A DNA stretch of 64,000 nt from a virus (lineage: Duplodnaviria > Heunggongvirae > Uroviricota > Caudoviricetes), in the IMG/VR virus record IMGVR_UViG_3300010357_001332. The stretch is one strand, 5' to 3'. A program made the position numbers and the translations under genes. The notes under the pieces were generated by a model. The model made no database searches. It was not told the DNA's origin and saw nothing but the letters and a program-made list of their open reading frames with translations. Positions 58,794 through 64,000 of the stretch are shown piece by piece (position 1 is the stretch's first letter; the number at the start of each line of letters is the position of its first letter).

Positions 58794-59186
58794 TCATTGT
58801 ATTATTCTTTCTTCTTTTTCTTCTCGTTCTCTTTTCAATTCTTCTTGTGTGGCATGAACTATTGCTTCACATTCCTTCATCTTTTCTAAAGAGAACTTAA
58901 CAAGAGCAGATAAAGCTTTTTCTTTGATAAGATCTATCTTCAAAAGACGAAGAGTTGATAATAATACTGCTGACTGCAGGAGTGTGCTTATCCATATAAC
59001 TGATAGTATAACATTCTTTGTTGGACTTTCCGGAACATAAAAAAGAAAAAGAATTCCTGTTACAGCAGAAGCACACCAGATAATAAAAGAAAGAAATTTG
59101 TTTGTTGAATTTTGCTTTGCAAGTTGCTGTGCTTGTTTTATAAATTGTTCTTGCTCTTTCATAACTTTTTGTTCTTCAGTATTCAT
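58794..59186 (-). CDS. membrane / coiled-coil protein
   Basis: Central TM helices flanked by K/E-rich termini. Confidence 0.45.
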   Translation of the reverse strand: MNTEEQKVMKEQEQFIKQAQQLAKQNSTNKFLSFIIWCASAVTGILFLFYVPESPTKNVILSVIWISTLLQSAVLLSTLRLLKIDLIKEKALSALVKFSLEKMKECEAIVHATQEELKREREEKEERIIQ

Positions 59187-59200
59187 AATGTATCTCCTAT

Positions 59201-59632
59201 TTAAAATCTTAATATGTGTTTATTGTCTAGTAATTCCTTTATTCCTCTGTTTGAAATAACAAGTTTGTGCATAGATGTTCTGGATGTATAAGTAGCTTTA
59301 GGTTCCTCTTCCTCTAAAGTATTTAATTTATCCAAATCTATTGGTCTTATATGAAAAACTTCTCCTTTCTTATAAGGAGTAAATTTTATTATTATAAAGC
59401 GATTTGGAAAAAGAAGTTCTACATGATTTGATGGTATATAATAATTCTTATCTTTTCTAAGAAAAATATTTTTTCCTTCATTTGTAATTAAAGTACCGAT
59501 CTTTGCATCACCTGAATATTCTATAATATATCCTGTTTTATAAGTAGAAAGTAAAGCAGACCATCCATGCCTTTTACAACAATCTACCCAAGAAGGAAGT
59601 ATCCTTAATATATCACCCTGTTTATATAGCAT
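59201..59632 (-). CDS. hypothetical protein
   Basis: 143-aa ORF. Confidence 0.45.
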   Translation of the reverse strand: MLYKQGDILRILPSWVDCCKRHGWSALLSTYKTGYIIEYSGDAKIGTLITNEGKNIFLRKDKNYYIPSNHVELLFPNRFIIIKFTPYKKGEVFHIRPIDLDKLNTLEEEEPKATYTSRTSMHKLVISNRGIKELLDNKHILRF

Positions 59633-59777
59633 AACACTTATCCTCGATTAGGCCATAACATCTATGTATTTTCCTTTTTCTGTTCTGGAATCTACAAACT
59701 TTTTAACTTTACACATATTGCAAGTGCAGTGCTTTTTATGCTTTCGATCTGGTTGATGAAGCACTTTTTCAATTCTT

Positions 59778-60026
59778 TTAATTGCTGTAACTTTCATTAT
59801 CACTCTCCTCTTGTAATATTATCATACTCTTTTCTTTTAACCAATTCTTAAAGTCATCTTTAGTTATTAACCAAGGATGCTTAGGATCTGCTTCCAGATT
59901 ATTTATGTTAAATAAAGCAATATGTGAGTAATGTGTTTCATGATGAATAGTAACTTTGTAGATACCATTTTCTTTTGGTCTAGAATTTGTTATTCCTCGG
60001 CAATCTTTTAGAAATTTAACTATCAT
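59778..60026 (-). CDS. hypothetical protein
   Basis: 82-aa ORF. Confidence 0.4.
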   Translation of the reverse strand: MIVKFLKDCRGITNSRPKENGIYKVTIHHETHYSHIALFNINNLEADPKHPWLITKDDFKNWLKEKSMIILQEESDNESYSN

Positions 60027-60194
60027 ATTCTTGTTTGTGTTTGTGCTTTCTTGTGTATCTTTTTTTATCTATGATTACTTTTTCTGGTTTGATTTGTAAT
60101 CTACCAATTATTCTCTTAATCTCTTTTTGTAAAATATCGTTTTTTATTCTAGAACTTTTCATTGCTTTTTCTTTTATTTTCATTTTGAACGAAT

Positions 60195-60873
60195 TTAGTT
60201 ATCTGTTATTATTTCTAATATTCCTTCTCTTAATAACTTTTTAAAATCTGCTACACTAATTCCTTGATCTATGTTTGGTGAGTGTTTTTTACCGTCATCA
60301 GAATAGCAATTGCATTCACTACCTTTAAATCTAATTACTTTTGATCTAGAAGATTCTATGAATATTTCATAATCCCCTGTAAAATTATAAATCCTTCCAC
60401 CGATATGTGGCTGTAAAAATTCTTTTACTCTTACGCGCATATTTCTATAATTCCTTCTCTTAATAACCTTTTAAAAGTTCTTGGTGGTATTCCCTGATCC
60501 ACTGACCTGTTTGTAATATCAGAACTTCCTTTAAATCTAATAAAAACTTTTTCCATATCTTGAACACAAGGATCAATATATACTTCAAAAGTACCAGTAA
60601 AAGAAGCTATAGGAACATCGCTATAATTTGCTATATTTTTTTTAACTCTTACTTTCATTTCGTTACTATTCTAAGTATTCCTTGTCTTAATAATCTTTTA
60701 AACTCGCTTGGTGGTATTCCTTGATCACGACCCTCTGTACTATTTTTAAATCTAATATAAACTCCTTCTCTATTTATCACATTATGATCGAGGTATATTT
60801 CGAATGTTCCAGTAAAAGAAGCAATATAAAATGATACAAGATCAGTAAGCTCTTGTGTTACTTGAACTAACAT
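60195..60873 (-). repeat. three tandem paralogous small genes (about 75 aa each)
   Basis: 60195..60440, 60431..60658, 60655..60873 share ..ASFTGTFE.Y......FIRFKGS...DQGIPP..FKRLLREGI.EI. Confidence 0.6.
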
Positions 60874-60893
60874 TATACTTTCTTTTCCTATTA

Positions 60894-61229
60894 TTATCTT
60901 GTTTTTCTTTCTTCAAAAAGTAATTGCTTAATAATATCTGTCACTGAAAATTCTTGTCTTAATATTTCTATTTTTTCCTTAAGAGCTTCTTGTTCAGAAA
61001 CTTCTTCAAAGAAACCTTTTTTAAGAGAAGAGTCCCAGCACCACGATCTATCCGATATATCAATACCAGTTAAAAAATAGCCACCTCCCGAAGAACCAAG
61101 ACCAATATATTTATAAGCTTTTCTACTTAAGACAAAATCCATACGTCCTCCACTGTTCCAACCAGCTTGGCGGACATTGGGACCAATATATCTATACCAC
61201 TTTCCTACTTCAAAAGATGATACCTTCAT
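60894..61229 (-). CDS. hypothetical protein
   Basis: 111-aa Gly-rich ORF. Confidence 0.45.
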   Translation of the reverse strand: MKVSSFEVGKWYRYIGPNVRQAGWNSGGRMDFVLSRKAYKYIGLGSSGGGYFLTGIDISDRSWCWDSSLKKGFFEEVSEQEALKEKIEILRQEFSVTDIIKQLLFEERKTR

Positions 61230-61231
61230 GT

Positions 61232-61900
61232 TTAAATGACCTGTAACTTATAATAAAATCTTTTGTAGCGTTTTAGATATCTATATCTGACTTTCTTTAA
61301 GCTGGGATAAAAGTAGCCAGAAGGACCACAATTATATGCAACAAAGTGACAAAATTCTCCTTGAACACCTTTCTGTTTAAGCTGACTTTTAAAGTCTTTA
61401 AGAACAACAGCTCCAGACATTACGTTTACTGAAATGTCAAATACATCATTCGAATAAGCTATATTATACTTATTAAGAATCTTCTTTGCAAGATTATATC
61501 TTCTTTTAAGATAAGGACTATTTTGCTGAACAAGACCATAATCATAGCTACCATTTCTGTTAGGTCCACTAACAGCATATATATCCATATCTGATTCTGT
61601 AAGAATAGTAGACAGCATTTTTTTATGATTAATACCAAAATGATTTTCAATTGTTATCAGAACAGTTGTTAGCTTGTTAATATTATTCGATGTCCATTGC
61701 TGACGAATATCTTTCTCTTGAAAAGAGATTGCTTTCTTTACATTAGATTTAACATATTGTTTATAACATTGATCCTTTGTTGAATAAGCAGAGGTAGAAC
61801 AAAGGATAACAAGTAATATAGGAATAAATAGTATTCTTTTCATTTCTATCTCCTTATTTATTTTTAAGAGAATTGATCGTAAAAGAAAAAACAAAAGCAA
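61232..61900 (-). CDS. lytic transglycosylase (SLT domain) with signal peptide
   Basis: ILTESDMD (catalytic E-S), GLVQQ and AYNCGPSGY match the SLT blocks. Confidence 0.55.
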   Translation of the reverse strand: MLLFFLLRSILLKINKEIEMKRILFIPILLVILCSTSAYSTKDQCYKQYVKSNVKKAISFQEKDIRQQWTSNNINKLTTVLITIENHFGINHKKMLSTILTESDMDIYAVSGPNRNGSYDYGLVQQNSPYLKRRYNLAKKILNKYNIAYSNDVFDISVNVMSGAVVLKDFKSQLKQKGVQGEFCHFVAYNCGPSGYFYPSLKKVRYRYLKRYKRFYYKLQVI

Positions 61901-61933
61901 CTAATAATATAAAAACTATTTCTAATATTGTTG

Positions 61934-62224
61934 CTAACATTCTTCTTCTCCTATAGAGCAAATTCTAATTAAACCAGATTGATGCATTTGTATGATATCA
62001 TTGGTGGTAAACCAATAAACACGATCTACTGGAACAAAAGATCCTTTTTTAAAAAATTTAATTAAATCAGATGCTTTAAAATAACGAAAAGGACTGTCAC
62101 TATCGTCATAGCCACCCTGAAAAATAAAAACTTCTCCTTTATACGAAATAGTTTGTTTTATAGAATAATTACTTATTCTTTTTATTCTATCTTTAGTTAC
62201 AATAAATTTTTTAATTACTTTCAT
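61934..62224 (-). CDS. hypothetical protein
   Basis: 96-aa ORF. Confidence 0.4.
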   Translation of the reverse strand: MKVIKKFIVTKDRIKRISNYSIKQTISYKGEVFIFQGGYDDSDSPFRYFKASDLIKFFKKGSFVPVDRVYWFTTNDIIQMHQSGLIRICSIGEEEC

Positions 62225-62430
62225 AGTTTTTAATTAAAGAGGTTTATAACCTACTTTCCACCCAACCTCAAAGTCTGTTCTATAATAGTAGGGAATTGGT
62301 AATGCATGGCACTAATCTATAAACTCTGTATATTGAACATTGGTCACCTAGTTTGATCTTGGCACACATCCTTCTTAAAGACAGGAGCAGATTTAGATCT
62401 ATCTAGAGTTCAATGTGTAGAGTACTGCTT

Positions 62431-62718
62431 TTAATTTTCTTGATTTAAAACAATTTGTTCTTCTTCATATGAAGATATACCAATCTTACCGGGCAAGGGG
62501 TCTATAGTCAGCATATCTTCTGATATGCCCCATCTCCACGGATGCCCATCTATATATGAATCTAGTATTTCAGACCCATCATGTGGCTGGCCAAATAAGT
62601 AGTCCATTCCACCGTTATGATTCCAGTGAATAGCAAGTTTATTTTTCCAATCTGGACCGTATTGTTTTTCAAATTCTTCTCTTGTTTTAAATCTTAAAGA
62701 TTTCTTAGTATGTTCCAT
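62431..62718 (-). CDS. hypothetical protein with HWNHNGGMDYLFG motif (paralog of 49512..49994)
   Basis: Shared N-terminal motif with 49512..49994. Confidence 0.45.
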   Translation of the reverse strand: MEHTKKSLRFKTREEFEKQYGPDWKNKLAIHWNHNGGMDYLFGQPHDGSEILDSYIDGHPWRWGISEDMLTIDPLPGKIGISSYEEEQIVLNQEN

Positions 62719-62728
62719 ATAAATTATC

Positions 62729-62908
62729 CTAATAAACAGTATATAGAGTTTTTACATAATCTACATACTCACCAAAAGACCAGATTGCAGATATAGATAT
62801 CCAGTTAGTATCAGACACTCTATATTTGTAAGACTTATAGACTTGATCCAAAGTCACAATAGGTCTAACTGCTAGTTTTCCTGTCATATCGTATACTATT
62901 GCCTTCAT
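62729..62908 (-). CDS. small hypothetical protein (start re-assigned to the internal ATG)
   Basis: Strong SD AAGGAGGAGCTT before the ATG at 62908, 11 nt after the radical-SAM stop; the longer track ORF 62729..63007 would overlap the radical-SAM gene. Confidence 0.4.
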   Translation of the reverse strand: MKAIVYDMTGKLAVRPIVTLDQVYKSYKYRVSDTNWISISAIWSFGEYVDYVKTLYTVY

Positions 62909-62918
62909 AAGCTCCTCC

Positions 62919-63917
62919 TTAATATACGCAACCAAAACCTGAAGCAGATTGCTGTGGTTTATGATTGCCTTGCATTGCTTTAAGCATTTCTTTTTCATGA
63001 ACTTCAAAAGCTTTCTTTGCTTCTTCTACTGTAAGCTCTCCAGATTTAACTTTTTCAAGAATTAAAGTAAGAAGTTTTTCATCCATATTTTTCCTTTCCT
63101 GAAGAGATATTTGCCAACCTTTGTATATATTTCCGTCATAATATAAAACATCTTTTTGAACTTGTTCAGGTGCAATAGGAAGAGGTCTTAATGGATTCTG
63201 TAATCCACACATTTGTCTAAAACTACAAAATACGCCGTCTAGATACCCTGTATTAACACATCCTTGCGTAAAAGGATCTTCATTCAACCCATAGACACCT
63301 TTACCAAAAATAGTTTCTAGACCAACAAAATTATTCGTATCATTTTTTAATTCTGCAAATCTAACTTCAAATACATTCATTTCTTTGGCAAATCTGATAT
63401 AATGCTGAATAGAAATAACCGTATCTATTTCACCGTATATTATATTACAATTAAGTCTTACACTTGTATTTTGTAACTGGAGTTGTTGTATAGAACTTTG
63501 AAGTACTTTATAATCAAGAAGAAGACCAGTTATTATACTATTTATATATGGTGAATAATGATGAACAGAAATGTTTATTCCCTTGAGTCCTTGTAAATTT
63601 TCTTTGCAATACTTTCTGGTAAGCAGACTTCCATTAGTAGTTAAATACACATTTAAATTATGAGAAGTTAAAATATCAATAATTTTATGTAAATGTTTAT
63701 GTAGTGTTGGTTCTCCACCAAGTAAAATAACATTCTTCTTTCCTGAATCAATAGCAGCTTTACAAATAGTATTTATACTTACTTCTTTTGTGGGCATAAA
63801 AGAATTCTTATTTATACACCAAGAGCACCTTCCATTACAATCAGAAAGAAGATTTACTTCTAACCAATCCTGATAGCAACTTCCGCTACAAAAGTTATTT
63901 GGATGTGCTATCGTCAT
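62919..63917 (-). CDS. radical SAM enzyme
   Basis: CNGRCSWC (Cx3Cx2C) cluster motif and LGGEPTL. Confidence 0.6.
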   Translation of the reverse strand: MTIAHPNNFCSGSCYQDWLEVNLLSDCNGRCSWCINKNSFMPTKEVSINTICKAAIDSGKKNVILLGGEPTLHKHLHKIIDILTSHNLNVYLTTNGSLLTRKYCKENLQGLKGINISVHHYSPYINSIITGLLLDYKVLQSSIQQLQLQNTSVRLNCNIIYGEIDTVISIQHYIRFAKEMNVFEVRFAELKNDTNNFVGLETIFGKGVYGLNEDPFTQGCVNTGYLDGVFCSFRQMCGLQNPLRPLPIAPEQVQKDVLYYDGNIYKGWQISLQERKNMDEKLLTLILEKVKSGELTVEEAKKAFEVHEKEMLKAMQGNHKPQQSASGFGCVY

Positions 63918-64000
63918 TTAATTACCTCAAAATTATTTTACTTAAAAATATACTACTTAATATTATATTTATAATTGAATAAAGTAAATTATAAAATGTT

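Noticed and set aside
1-64000. CRISPR arrays and spacer-like direct repeats
   Set aside because: No regularly spaced direct repeats of 25-40 bp were seen. The only multi-copy short repeats are the 25-nt leader at 47925..48293 and the T-arm modules, neither with CRISPR-like spacing.
1-64000. Alternative genetic code (stop-codon reassignment)
   Set aside because: Genes end at ordinary TAA/TGA/TAG and abut the next start with canonical overlaps; recognisable proteins (Def, sigma, SLT, DHH) have normal lengths. The odd tRNA-like loci therefore do not need to be suppressors.

Overview
The window is AT-rich (about 28-30% GC) and gene-dense. Nearly every gene is on the minus strand and tightly packed, often with overlapping stop/start codons. 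It reads as part of a large bacteriophage or prophage genome, probably of a Gram-negative host given the Lom-like OMP and many lipoproteins. All product calls are motif-level readings made by eye with no searches run, and the many small ORFs are mostly left as hypothetical.

Recognisable content:
- A sigma-70-family sigma factor at 305..994.
- A nucleotide-metabolism set: peptide deformylase, dNMP kinase, MazG-like pyrophosphatase, two CDA-fold deaminases, a divergent ThyX-like protein, a DUF4406 / nucleoside-deoxyribosyltransferase-like protein, a DHH-DHHA1 (NrnA-like) phosphoesterase and a radical-SAM enzyme.
- A sugar-nucleotide module: cupin/PMI-like protein, CMP-sugar cytidylyltransferase and an SGNH hydrolase.
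- A CobS-like AAA+ ATPase next to a CobT-like vWA protein, plus a second classical AAA ATPase.
- An SPFH/band-7 protein, an SLT lytic transglycosylase, a GIY-YIG homing endonuclease, an orphan CheY-like receiver domain and a minimal PolyA-pol/CCA-type nucleotidyltransferase.
- One plus-strand TnpB (IS200/IS605 OrfB) insertion at 19894..21264.
- Several tandem arrays of small paralogous genes.

RNA features: two canonical tRNAs (Asn-GTT at 4113..4185 and Met/Ile-CAT at 16979..17049). The most unusual content is a set of tRNA-like loci that keep the acceptor, D and T arms but carry tetraloop hairpins where the anticodon arm should be (5284..5358 and 8975..9065). Related to these is a 530-bp non-coding cluster of T-arm-plus-hairpin elements at 26233..26765. 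There are also GC-rich structured islands at 16811..16978, 31376..31586 and 1735..1835.

Other points: the foreign-looking GC-rich block at 47190..48600 holds three genes sharing a conserved 25-nt leader/RBS repeat. Two probable homopolymer frameshifts sit at about 34812 and 58664..58672.
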